Below, piece after piece: positions 50,803-63,559 of a stretch of DNA of 64,000 nt. The notes below the pieces were generated by a model. The model had not been told where the DNA came from and did not search any database. It was given only the letters and a program-made list of their open reading frames with translations. The number at the start of each line of letters is the position of its first letter. Within the stretch, counting starts at the first letter, position 1. The position numbers were made by a program, and so were the translations under genes. Location: contig OZ024755.1 in NCBI GenBank assembly GCA_964016885.1, forward strand, positions 18,600,001 to 18,664,000, read 5' to 3'. The DNA comes from Eledone cirrhosa. Its lineage: Eukaryota.

Positions 50803-52478
50803 GTGTAATTTGAAAGATTTGTCTGGTATCTTGGAGACATTAGATTGATTACTGTTATGACTAGGAATAAGATCAACCTTTGGTTGACATAAAATATACT
50901 TCTTATATGTACCCATTGTGCTTATTTCATACATCTAAAGGTGAGGTGAGGGGACTTCAATTGAGAGACAATGAGGTACTAAGCTGTTTACAGTAAAATA
51001 TCCACTTAGTTATTCTTATAGTCTTGACACCTCCCCCTCCAAACAACAACAACATCAGCCACATAAACTATGGAATTTATACAAAGACAAGAAGAGAGTA
51101 GAAAAATAGAACTAGTAGAATCTTCATAGAACTCTTATCTATATATGGTGACCAGAATAATGAAGAAATGACAAACAGCTGTCAAACAATAATATAAAAT
51201 ATAAAAAAGAATAGGTTCAGAGCTGCAATTAATTCTAATAGTTTTTGAAGATGAGGTCAGAGTAGGTAGTTGAGAGAGAAAATCCCCAGAAAACTTGACG
51301 TTAATGAGGTTAGTAGGAAACTGCCATCACATAAGTTGGTTGATAGAGTAGAACTTTTTATAATAAAGACATAAATAAATAGATAAATTAATTAATAAAT
51401 ACAAAAATAAATAAATAAATAAATAAATAAAAAATACAGTAAAAAAAAATAATAATGAATGAATAAATAAAATAAATAAAAAATAAATATATAACTTATT
51501 TTCATGAAATGTATTTGGGCCAAAGTCACTTTAAACTCCAAAGTGTTGGTCTCTTAATGTCAATAAAAGCCAGTCTAACATGTCAGAGAAAAATCAGTTC
51601 AGGACCCTTATCTCACAAAGTAGCAACAATTGAATATATTATATTTGAAAAGAACTTGTGAATAAATAATAAAAAATAAATATAAAAAACTAGTAATAAT
51701 ATTTTGTTTCTAATTAAGCCCCAGCTGTGAAATAAAGCTATAAGATCAATTTTTCTTAAGGTTCAACTATACTTTATAAACCTTGCTGTGAAAATTTAAA
51801 CAAATACACAGAAAAAAGCCCCTAAAAAACATGAGAGAGAGCCTTTACATGTTGCATTGTTAATTGGGTGTTTATTTGAAGATAAGAACCTGTATCATTT
51901 TGTCCTTCACATTTGTTAAACTTTTCACAATGAGGCTTATAAACTGTAGTCACTCCCACATTAAATTTATCTTAGATGTTCAAATTTACATTGTATTGTA
52001 TATAAATATTTATCATCTAACTAATTATGTCACCAACTAATGCACATTATGCAAATTAAAGTTAAGTCGTAGTTTTTTTTTTTAATATAAATAGCATTAG
52101 GTTATAGCTACCTTTCTGAACAGAAGGATGTATTGGCAATTTCTTAGGTTTTTCTGCATTCAAAAGAAATGTTTTTCACATTTTTTTTAAATTTTCACAG
52201 CAAAGCTTAAAAACTAGAGCCACCCCTACCACCATTACTCTCACCACCATTTAATATCCATTTTGCCACACTAGCATAGGCTAGACGAGTTGATCGGTTG
52301 TGAGACAAGCCAGATCAGATGAGCATGTCTTGTTCATACAGAACAGATTTTGGCTAGGTTTTTATGGCTGGATGACCATAATGTAGATACACTATTAAAT
52401 AACAGTGTATCTACATTAAACATTTTCTTAGATTTTGTTAAATATGCACTATGTTTGTTCCTAAATATTTATTATATA

Positions 52479-52815
52479 TGGAGGTACATGGCTTAGTGGT
52501 TAGAGCATTGGCCTTGCAATCGAAAGGTTGTGAGTTCAATTCTCAGACTGGGTGATGTGTTGTTTCCTTGAGCAAGACACTTTATTTCACATTGCTCCAG
52601 TTTACTCAGCTGTAGAAATGAGATGATAGGGACTGGGGTCCATATCATTCCACTGCAAAGTGGTCATGGAGGTGCCACGGCAAAAAAGCACCCAGCACTC
52701 ACTGTAAATGAGGTTGGTGTTAGGAAGGGCATCCAGCTGTAGAAATCAAGCCAGAATCAGTTCCCGTCCCACCCTTGCAAGCAGGGAAAAGCAGACGTAA
52801 AATGAAATGAAATGA
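52479..52815 (+). mobile_element. Full-length SINE family A
   Basis: Near-identical to 14111-14441. Confidence 0.9.
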
Positions 52816-53397
52816 TTCTATGTTGTTCAGTAAAAATTTATATATTATATGCATATCAGTATTAAAAGGTTAAAAGATTTAACCCTTTACAACATGCTAT
52901 ACAATTCTGTACTAGTGTGAACCAACAAGGATGCCACTACACTTGCTTGATTTGCTAGAAACAGCAACCAACAAAATCTCACTAAAAACACACATTACCT
53001 ATATCCTATTTGTAATCCTAATGAAATGTACTCTACCTCAATTAATTATCAAGTACCTTGTTCGAGGATACAGCATGGCCAAGCACATTTAATCTAGCCC
53101 CCACATGATATATAATTCAAACGTTAATGGATTTTTGCTTCCCTAATCAAGCCATTTTTTCTTGGTTTCAGGTTGCAGTCATAATACACAGTATGTGTGT
53201 GCATATATATATGGTAGCGTGGAAGATGGACGTTAAACAATGATGATGATATATATCATTTCATCATTTCATTTTACGTCCGCTTTTTCCCTGCTTGCAA
53301 GGGTGGGACGGGAACTGATTCTGGCTTGATTTCTACAGCTGGATGCCCTTCCTAACACCAACCTCATTTACAGTGAGTAATATATATATATATATAA

Positions 53398-53617
53398 AGG
53401 ATCGATCGACTTTCGTCAAATCGGACCGAGGAAACAATGTTTTCGTCGGTCTTTCCAGTTGCTAGTACTATCTATCGGTCGCAACTCCAGGTAGAAGGAG
53501 CAACGTGAAATAAAGTGTCTTGCTCAAGGACATAACGCATCGCCCGGTCCAGGAATCGAACTCACAATCTCAAGAGTGTGAGTTCGATTCTCTAACCACT
53601 CAGCCACACGCCTTCAC
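53398..53617 (-). mobile_element. tRNA/CORE-like SINE with a distinct double-hairpin 3' tail
   Basis: Minus strand has A-box tggctgagtgg, B-box gagttcgattcc, ccttgagcaagacactt, then tail ...gaccgacgaaaacattgtttcctcggtccgatttgacgaaagtcgatcg; flanked by (TA)n. Confidence 0.8.
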
Positions 53618-53757
53618 AATATATATATATAGTAAATTAGCAATCGGAAAGATCAATGGAAAGATTGTTTCCTCGGTCCGATTTGACAAAAGCCAATCGA
53701 CTGTTGATGTATAGTAATAATAAATGTGAAGTCTAAAATCCAAAGAGGGCTCGATAA

Positions 53758-53791
<34 letters not shown>

Positions 53792-53795
<4 letters not shown>

Positions 53796-54188
53796 TATAA
53801 ATGAAAGTGTCTGTGTGCATCTGTGTATGTCTTCCAAAGGCCCGAAAATGGTGCATCCTAGAGAAAAACGGTTTTCATTTTCAAAATCTGCATCCCAAGG
53901 ATGTCCTATTTCAATTCAAATTACTTCAATTCCCAGTGAGTCTTAGTTTTGCCATGACCATCAACAAATCACAAGGACAAACATGTTTTTGTTGCTGGTT
54001 TACACACACATTGAAGAGTCCTGCTTCACCTATGGTCAGCTTTACGTTGGAAGTTCAAGAGCAGGAAGTCAGAAAAAACTTTACATCTATGCACCAGATG
54101 GAAAAACAAACAACATTGTTTATGCAAACATTATAAATTAATCCAATTAATAAAGAAATCCGTCCTTATCAAGGGGCTATTCAGCTTG
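53792..54188 (+). pseudogene. Internally deleted Helitron carrying the PIF1-type helicase C-terminus (frameshifted)
   Basis: FQFKLLQFPVSLSFAMTINKSQGQT, then in another frame CFTYGQLYVGSSRAG...LYIYAPDGKTNNIVY (stop 54139-41); the 3' end cagCTTG|T resembles a decayed CTAG|T. Confidence 0.88.
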
Positions 54189-54596
54189 TGTATATATATA
54201 TATATCTATTAAAGATAGCAAGATATATATTCTTGGTTCATTGTATTCTCCTGGGTATTCATGACAGAAAATGCGGCAATATAATTTGCCATGTATATCA
54301 ATGAAAATACCAGTTCAGTAGCTTGTGTGTCATGATTTAACATATAAAAGGATAAAATGATAAAACCTATGTCTGTAAAGTAATAAAACAAAATCAACAA
54401 GTACACTTTAAACAGTCATCAAACAGAATAAAGATAGATGGCTATATTGCATACATAATTAATCTGCCAGTCAGTGTATATAGTGGAACTTAATATCTCT
54501 ACGAGTGTTTATATATCTGTACTTATGTATATAGAAATATAATATGCATATAAATGTGTGTGTATGTATGTATGTATGTATGTGTGTGTGTGTGTG

Positions 54597-54631
<35 letters not shown>

Positions 54632-55010
54632 CTCAATAAAGTGAAAAATGAGTTATCTTTCAGAAATGGTGAACTGTATGATGGTCATTGCGAGTAATAT
54701 AATATGATAGCCTCCCCCCTGGTACTATGTGACACAACATTAGTCCTTTTGATACCAAACTGCTTCAACTCCCACCAGTTATACCCTCTGGTTATACAAT
54801 ACAAAATTATTTATTCATTTTAAAGAGTTTATATTTATCTAAAAGCTGTTCATCATAATTTTATGTAAGAACCCTTGTTACATTGACCTTATGTTCCAAA
54901 CACCAGTTTCAGGTTGCAGTCATAATACACAGTATGTGTGTGCATATATATATGCTAGCGTGGAAGATGGACGTTAAACGATGATGATGATGATATATAT
55001 ATATATATAT

Positions 55011-55196
55011 AGGAACGAGTAGGACCCCGACGGCTGAGCTCAAGCCGTTTCAATGGCTAATTCAGAATTAGCCGTCGAAACGGCTTGAGCTCAGCCGTCG
55101 GGGTCCTACTCGTTCCTATTACCCAATCTACTACCCTAAGTATTGAGTACTTTGGTGCGTTATGGTCCATCTGGTTCCTACCACATTTCCTTCGTT
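55011..55196 (+). mobile_element. PLE-like insertion in (TA)n with a 5' inverted arm centred on HHR stem II
   Basis: Palindrome 55010-55118 centred at 55064; HHR 3' half GAAACGGCT-tgagctc-AGCCGTC|gggg. Confidence 0.7.
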
Positions 55197-55343
55197 ATAT
55201 ATATATATATATATAGTAAATTAGCAATCGGAAAGACCAATGGAAATATTGTTTCCTCGGTCCGATTTGACAAAAGCCAATCGACTGTTGATGTATAGTA
55301 ATAATAAATGTGAAGTCTAAAATCCAAAGAGGGCTCGATAAGG

Positions 55344-55374
<31 letters not shown>

Positions 55375-55556
55375 ATGAGAAAGTTAATTATTTTACTAAA
55401 TACCTCCAAATTCTTGATTATTTTCCAAATTAATTTCTTTATTACAGGCAGTGTTTTTCATGGGAAATATGCTAACACAAGGATTAACTTATCAATATAA
55501 TTTTCCAAATTGTTTTTCATGAGAAATATGTTAACAAACGGGTTAACGTATAAATA

Positions 55557-55742
55557 ATCTTCTCCGCCCACTTATTCCTGAGAGAGTCAAACACTCTTTC
55601 CAGAGGGTTCTGTCAGAAGCAACCATCATCTTCAACTGATCCAGCTGGATCCCCAAGTGAGACCAGCTGAGCTTATGGATATTATCCAACCATCTTACTT
55701 GGGGTCTACCTTTGGGTCTCCTGCCAGTTGCTTTTGCCTGTA
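55557..55742 (-). pseudogene. RTE LINE 3' fragment
   Basis: QAKATGRRPKGRPQVRWLDNIHKLSW...DRTLWK. Confidence 0.8.
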
Positions 55743-55817
55743 ACAGCATAGGCAGAGTTTTTAATGAGAAATAAACTAACAAAAGGGTTAACCTACAAAT
55801 ATCATTTTTCAGATGAA

Positions 55818-56036
55818 TTAACGCTTTAGCATTTGAACCGACCGTCTCCAGACGGAATTCTCTCACTTCTTTCTGTTCAAACCGGCCACTCATACTGATG
55901 TTAAGGTATTGTTCTCAAAATAAATAATATCAAAATCTCATAGATTCAATATTATATGAGATAATTATGTGAGGTAAAGCCTTTACCATGAAAATATAAT
56001 AGTAAATATAGAGTCATTTAAATGCTAAAGGGTTAA
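55818..56036. mobile_element. piggyBac-like MITE
   Basis: TTAA|cgctttagcattt ... aaatgctaaaggg|TTAA. Confidence 0.88.
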
Positions 56037-56499
56037 ATAATATTAGCAGTGTTTTTCATGAGAAATATCCTAACACAAGGGTTAATCTATGAACATAATT
56101 TTTCTAAATTTGCACAAGGGAATAAAGACCAATGAAAGTAAGTGCAGTGTGAGTGTGGAAAAGGAAGAATTAACAATATGTGATGCATTCCTTGAAAGCA
56201 CATCAGCACTACTTGCAATGGCACCAGATGTGCATTGGTAACAGAGAAGATAAAAACAAAAGGAAGAAGGAGAGGAGATAGAGAGTTCAATGTTGTAATT
56301 TATTGTCTCACTGAGAAGCATAAACTGACATTGTTGTTGTTATTTTATAAAATATGAATAACATAGTAACTTATTCTTTGTCTCTGTCGCACTTCAGGAC
56401 AATCTCAGTAGTTCTCTCTCTCTCGTCTATATTTATGGTAATTGGAATTTTACTGCAAATAAAGGATCTGTAAATTGAACGTGGGTGTGCAGGTGTCAT

Positions 56500-56535
<36 letters not shown>

Positions 56536-57750
56536 GGGGGACGGACGAGAGAGAGAGAACGGGGGGGACGAGAGAGAGAGAACGGGGGGGGGGGACGAGA
56601 GAGAGAGAACGGGGGGGGGGACTAGAGAGAGAGAACGGGGGGGAGCGAGAGAGAGAGAGAGAGAGAGAGGGAGAACGAGAGAGAGAGAGAGTGAGAGAGA
56701 GAGAGAGAGAGAGAGTGAGAGAGAGAGAGAGTGAGAGAGAGTGAGAAAGAGGGAGAGAGAGAGTGAGAGAGAGTGAGAAAGAGGGAGAGAGAGAGAGAGA
56801 GTGAGAAAGAGGGAGAGAGAGAGAGTGAGTGAGAGAGAGAATATTTTGTCACAAAGATTTATAGTACTTGTGGAACATGCTTGAAGCTTTTATAATATTG
56901 AAATATTTCAACCATTATGTATGCTTGTGTATGTGTGTGCGTGTGTGTATGCACGTGTGTGTGTGTATGTATATATGTGTGTGTATGTACGTCTGTGTGT
57001 CCCCATATGTGCGCGTGTGCGTGTATGTATATGTATGTGTATGTGCGTGTGTGTGTGTATGCATGTATATGTGTGTGTATGCATGTATATGTGTCTGTAC
57101 GTGTACGTGTGTGTATGCATGTGTGTGAATGTATGTATACCTGTATATGTATGTATGCGTGTGTGCATGTCCCCACGTGTTCATGTATGTGTGTGTGTGT
57201 CCCGCCCCATGTGTGTGTGTGTGTGTGTGTGTATGTATATGTGTATGTATGTGTCCCCGCCCCATGTGTGTGTGTGTGTGTATATGTATATATATGTATG
57301 TCCGCGTGTACATGTATGTGTGTGTGTATGTATATGTGTATGTATGTGTCCCCGCCCCATGTGTATGTGTGTGTATATATATATATATGTATGTCCGCGT
57401 GTACATGTATGTGTGTGTGTGTATGTATATGTGTATGTATGTGTCCCCGCCCCATGTGTATGTGTGTGTATATGTATATATATATGTATGTCCGCGTGAA
57501 CATGTATATGTGTGTGTGTATGTATATGTGTATGTATGTGTCCCCGCCCTATGTGTATGTGTGTGTATATGTATATATATGTATGTCCGCGTGTACATGT
57601 ATGTGTGTGTGTGTATGTATATGTGTATGTGTGTGTGTATGTATATGTGTATGTGTGTGTATATGTATATATATGTATGTCCGCGTGTACGTGTGTGTGT
57701 GTATGTGTATGTATATGTGTGTGTCCCCGCCCCATGTGTATATGTATGTG
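56500..57750. repeat. GA-rich tract and TG/TA minisatellite with cccgccccat and tccgcgtg anchors
   Basis: Direct reading. Confidence 0.9.
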
Positions 57751-57990
57751 TATGGTAGCACATACAAGCTACCAGTTGTATACCAGTTGTCTTTACAACA
57801 AAAGTAGTATTACCAGCAGGTACATTACAGAATTAAAAAAAGATGTTTCTCACATCTTTTAAATATTTCTTAATGAACAGCAGAATCAGTAGAGCGCCAA
57901 ACAGTAAATTAAAACATTATATCAGATACCTGGTAAAAGCTCCCTTATGAAACCCCAGAGTTGGGTATGTCAGATATCTTGACAGGTACA

Positions 57991-58190
57991 TGAGGGTCAG
58001 CTAAAAAAGTTTGTGGACCTGACTATGAACAAGTGATGCTAGAGCTGTGAAATCTTAGATGCATTAATTTCAACTCTTCTTATTAATAACTGCATTGTTT
58101 CTTTCCAGGGACTATGTTGAAAAATAAACCTCATTTGGTCATTCCATGAGAGTATCTTGGTCAGCTTATGAACCTTTCAGTCGACCCTCC
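57991..58190. mobile_element. mariner-type MITE
   Basis: Imperfect TIRs gagggtcagctaaaaaagttt..ctgac / gtcagcttatgaacctttcagtcgaccctcc|TA. Confidence 0.7.
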
Positions 58191-58300
58191 TATGCTTTAA
58201 AATCATATTGATTAATTATAGGTTTGTATTGTCAACAGGTTATATAAACTATATATATACCCAATGTAATAAAACATAAGTTAAAAGGAAATATTGTACA

Positions 58301-58375
58301 CATACCTGTTCTTGCAAGTTATGAAATAATATCAAATGACAACTTACCTGTAAAAAGAAAAAAAAAGATTGAAAA
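58301..58375 (-). promoter_or_regulatory. Candidate recursive splice site with 42-nt RS-exon (58306-58347)
   Basis: Minus strand reads tctttttttttctttttaCAG|GTAAGT...CAAGAACAG|GTATGT. Confidence 0.5.
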
Positions 58376-59324
58376 AATTAATATTAATTTGAAGTAAAAA
58401 TGTTATTGTTAAACATGAATATGTGAAAATAGAAATAGCTATGAAAGATCAAAACACTTTCACCAGTTATTAAATTGCTGAAAGAGAATGGAATCCCAGT
58501 GAGCTATAGAAACCCAGAGTTTATTTAACCTTTTTAATAGTAGACTGCATGAAACCACATCTGCTTTTATGATAGAAAATTTTGTAAAAAAAAAGTTGTT
58601 AATGTCTATCTAAAACCTTTCCATCATAGCTTTATGTAAGAACCTTTGATAAGTTAAGTTCCAAATACCAGTTTGATAATGAGAAAGTTTGCTATTTTAC
58701 TAAATCCTTCTAAATTCTTTATTATCAAAATGATTTGAAACTCATAGCCAGTGTATTTCATTAAAAATATGGTAACAAAAGGCTTAAGGGGAAGAATATT
58801 GACTTGGCAAAAGATACTTGCCCAGGGTGCTTTTAAGTTAAAACTACAATTAACCTAAAGAGTTTCCACACACTGACAACTCAACTTTGCTCACAATTTT
58901 TGGTAGAAAACACAGACTGAAGGTGTGTCTTACAGTAGAATCAAACACCAGTCCTCATGATTGCAAAACAAACTCCTTAACCATAAAATCATACTTGCAG
59001 TCTGCTAGAAACAATAAATACTTCAATAAACCAATACAGGTTTTAACAGTCCTACAATCCCTTCATCTTTAACAGCTGTTCATCTTTAACCCTGTCATTG
59101 CTGTATTTGTAAATATACTGAATTTCACTATCTACAAGTTACAATTTATTTTTTTTAATATCCAACAATTTAGAGGAGTTTCATTAAGTTTATATTTAGA
59201 ACATAACAAACATTTCTAAACTGAAATTATGACAGGAATAATTATTTTTAAATGGGCAGTTTTTGTATCATAAATCTAGGCTGTGTTCAAGAGGTTTGGT
59301 AGCAAAAGTGTTATAATCTCCCCC

Positions 59325-59900
59325 TCAACCACTACTACTACTACCACCGCTACTACCACCACCACCACCACTACTACTACCACCACCACCACCACCACCA
59401 CCACCACCATCACCACCACCACCACTACTACAACCACCACTACTACTACAACCACCACTACTACTACCACAACCACCACCACCACTACTACTACCACCAC
59501 CACAACCACCACCACCACTACCACAACCACCACCACTACCACCACCACCACTACTACCACAACCACCACCACCACTACCACAACCACCACTACTACTACC
59601 ACCACTACCACCACTACCACCACTACTACCACAACCACCACCACCACTACTACTACCTCCACCACTACTACCACAACCACCACCACTACCACAACCACTA
59701 CCACTACTACTACCACCACCACCACCACCACCACTACCATTACTACTACCACAACCACCACCACCACTACTACCACAACCACCACCACTACTACTACCAC
59801 CACTACCACAACCACCACCACCACTACTACCACCACCACCACTACTACCACCACCACCACTACTACCACAACCACCACCACTACTACTATCACCACCACC

Positions 59901-59932
<32 letters not shown>

Positions 59933-60670
59933 CACCACCACCTTCACTATTTATTTTACATCTGTGACTGAATAATACATTGTAATGTTTCATCAAAAAT
60001 ACTTTATAACTAAATCAGACTGGAATATTCCAGAGGAAGTTAAAAAATAAAGAAAATATTAACAACAGGGACTTAGTGCTTCTTTTATTTCCATGTGTAG
60101 TTTATTCCACATCTGTATCACCCACACATGTGGGAAACTGTGGCTCCAACAGATATATCAGTGTAATGATATATCTCTCTCTTTCTCTCTCAACAAGCGT
60201 GCCTTTCAGTTTATGTCTGTATGTATGTGATTATGGGCATATATGTGTGTTTGTATGTGATTATGGGTATATATGTGTGTATGTATGTGATTATGGGCAT
60301 ATATGTGTTTGTATGGGTATATATGTGTGTATGTATGTGCTTATGGGTATATATGTGTGTTTGTATGGGTATATATGTGTGTTTGTATGGGCATGTATGT
60401 GTGTGTGTATGGGTATATATGTGTGTTTGTATGGGCATGTATGTGTGTGTGTATGGGTATATATGTGTGTTTGTATGGGCATGTATGTGTGTGTGTATGG
60501 GTATATATGTGTGTTTGTATGGGCATGTATGTGTGTGTGTATGGGTATATATGTGTGTTTGTATGGGCATGTGTGTGTGTATGGGTATATATGTGTGTTT
60601 GTATGGGCATGTGTGTGTGTATGGGTATATATGTGTGTTTGTATGGGCATGTATGTGTGTGTGTGTATGA
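59325..60670. repeat. (ACC/ACT)n tract (59325-59942) and tatgggYat/TG minisatellite (60215-60670)
   Basis: Direct reading. Confidence 0.93.
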
Positions 60671-60763
60671 ACGTTTACATACTCACACACATACATGCCC
60701 ATGCATACACAGAAACACATTATTATATAACACACATACATGGATACGTGTAGAAATAGACAC

Positions 60764-60796
<33 letters not shown>

Positions 60797-60799
<3 letters not shown>

Positions 60800-61012
60800 A
60801 ACGAGTAGGACCCCGACAGCTGAGCTCAAGCCGTTTCGACGGCTAATTCTGGACTGAATTAGCCGGATAATTCAGTCCAGAATTAGCCGTCGAAACGGCT
60901 TGAGCTCAGCCGTCGGGGTCCTACTCGTTCCTATTACCCACTCTACTACCCTAAGTATTGAGTACTTTGGTGCGTTATGGTCCACCTGGTTCCTTACCAC
61001 ATTTCCTTTGTT
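60797..61012 (+). mobile_element. Second copy of the 55011 PLE-like family, independently inverted in HHR stem II
   Basis: Same ends as 55011-55196 but a different centre: ...ggctaattctggactgaattagccg-ga-taattcagtccagaattagccgtcGAAAC. Confidence 0.72.
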
Positions 61013-61068
61013 ATATATAAATATATATATATATACACACACACATATATATACATATATATATATAG

Positions 61069-61115
<47 letters not shown>

Positions 61116-61150
61116 CACACACACATATATATATATATATATACACACAC

Positions 61151-61183
<33 letters not shown>

Positions 61184-61664
61184 CACACATATATACATAT
61201 ATATATATATATACACACACACATATATACATATATATATATATATACATGTATATACATATATATACATATATATACATATATATACACACACACACAC
61301 ACGTGTATTTGTATTGGTGCCCCCCACATTTTTCATCCATAACTAACTACAAACAACATACCTAACCACCAGAAAGTAGGTGGTATATAAATTGCTAAAC
61401 AGTTGGACTATTAACATGGCGCTATTGGAATAGGTTTAATCCTTTGGAAAACAACAAGATAAACAAATACATAACAACAACAACAACAACAACAACAACA
61501 TTTTCAGATTTCCTTCCTTCTTTCCTTCCTTCCTTCCTTCCACATCTTAATGCTCCCCTGAAGCTAACATCTAAATGTAGACAGCCTAAAAAGGAGACGC
61601 AGTCTTAGTGTCAGTTCCTGAACTCAATCAGGGCATCAAAACTTTAGGTAGAAACATATAACAA

Positions 61665-62070
61665 CACCATCATCATCATCATCATCATCATCATCTTCAC
61701 CATCACCATCAGCATCGTCATATCATCATCAACATCCTCATCATCACCATCACCACTAGCATCATCATCATCATCATCATCATAATCATCATCATCACCA
61801 TCATTACCAGCGTCATCATTATCATCAACATCCTCATCATCATCATCATCATAATCATAATCATCATCACCATCACCACCAGCATCGTCATCATCATCAA
61901 CATCCTCATCATCACCACTAGCATCATCATTATCATCATCATCATCATCATCATAATCATCATCATCACCATCATTACCAGCGTCATCATTATCATCAAC
62001 ATCATCATCATCATCATCATCATCACCATCACCACCAGCGTCATCATCATCATCATCATCACCATCATCA
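61665..62070. repeat. (CAT)n degenerate microsatellite
   Basis: Direct reading. Confidence 0.93.
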
Positions 62071-62103
62071 ATGTTTTACATCTGTTTTCTGTGCTTGTAT
62101 GGT

Positions 62104-62577
62104 TCAACCCTTTAGCATTTAAACCGGCCGTATCCGGCTAGAATTCTTTCTGTTCAAACTGGCCATAACCAGCTGCTCATACTTATGTTAAGGTATTGTT
62201 CTCAAAATAAATAATATCAAAATCTCGTAGATTTGATATTATGTGAGATAAAATGTTTACAGTGAAAATATAATAGTAAATATCTAAAGTCTGCCCTAAG
62301 CCAGAAGGCTCATTTGGCCGGAGCTTATCCCGGTTTCATGGCGTGAAGCGACTGAGAGTACAAGACTCTCCCTTGGACAGGACGCCAGTCCATCGCAGGG
62401 CTAAACCTCCAACTATTGCTCTGAGCAACGTGAAATGAAGTGTTTTGCTCAAGAACCCAACACGCAACCCAGGAATCGAGCCCACAACATTATCATCGTA
62501 AGTCCAACACCCTTACCACTAGGCCACGTGCCTCCACAATAGTAAATATAGAGTAATGTAAATGCTAAAGGTTTAAT
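62104..62577. mobile_element. piggyBac-like MITE interrupted by SINE family C (62284-62537, minus) with a 12-bp TSD
   Basis: TSD aatagtaaatat at 62272-62283 and 62538-62549; the MITE halves rejoin. Confidence 0.9.
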
Positions 62578-62624
62578 AGGGTTATCACATTTTGAAGTTG
62601 GACAAGTCAGATGACTGTGGCTTG

Positions 62625-62655
<31 letters not shown>

Positions 62656-62994
62656 CATCATCATCATTTCATTTTACGTCCGCTTTTTCCCTGCTTGCAA
62701 GGGTGGGACGGGAACTGATTTTGGCTTGATTTCTACAGCTGGATGCCCTTCCTAACACCAACCTCATTTACAGTGAGTGCTGGGTGCTTTTTTTGCCGTG
62801 GCACCTCCACGACCACTTTGCAGTGGAATGATAGGGACCCCAGTCCCTATCATCTTATTTCTACAGCTGAGTAAACTGGAGCAATGTGAAATAAAGTGTC
62901 TTGCTCAAGGAAACAACACATTACCCGGTCTGAGAATTGAACTCACAACCTTTTGATTGAAAGGCCAATGCTCTAACCACTAAGCCATGTGCCT
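62656..62994 (-). mobile_element. Full-length SINE family A
   Basis: Reverse complement of 52479-52815. Confidence 0.9.
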
Positions 62995-63012
62995 CTTTCT
63001 CTCTCTCTCTCT

Positions 63013-63046
<34 letters not shown>

Positions 63047-63090
63047 GTAGACAACGGACTGTGTGTGCATAAACACACCTACACCGTGTC

Positions 63091-63139
<49 letters not shown>

Positions 63140-63335
63140 ATATGTTCCATTCTGGCATGGTTTTTATGGCTGGGTGCCCTTCCTAATGTCAACCACTTCA
63201 TTGTATATACCGGATGTGCAGTTGACATCAGGAAGGACACCCAGTGATAGGAACCGCACCAGAATACATTGTATAAGTGAGATACATATTATATGTTAGA
63301 GCAATATCTATGTAGGTCCATGAGTTTGTGTGCTA

Positions 63336-63370
<35 letters not shown>

Positions 63371-63559
63371 GATTATGAGTAGGAGGTGAGGTGAATAACA
63401 GACTTTAGGTAAATGTAAGTACAGATACGGTGTGTATCCAGAAAGAGGCTGAAGAAATATAGAAATTATACATATAATGGTAACAGTAGTAACAATGGAA
63501 CTAAACTAAAGACATTTTTTATTATCATTCCATTTCACTTCATCTTTCAAATATAAATC

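Noticed and set aside
52379-52418. 15-bp hairpin taatgtagatacact/agtgtatctacatta
   Set aside because: It sits at the truncation point of a decayed retroelement tail and is most simply a repair scar.
54209-54372. Strong minus-strand acceptor followed by an open frame (DIGFIILSF...)
   Set aside because: Weak donor, no recognisable homology, and it could not be joined convincingly to other exons.
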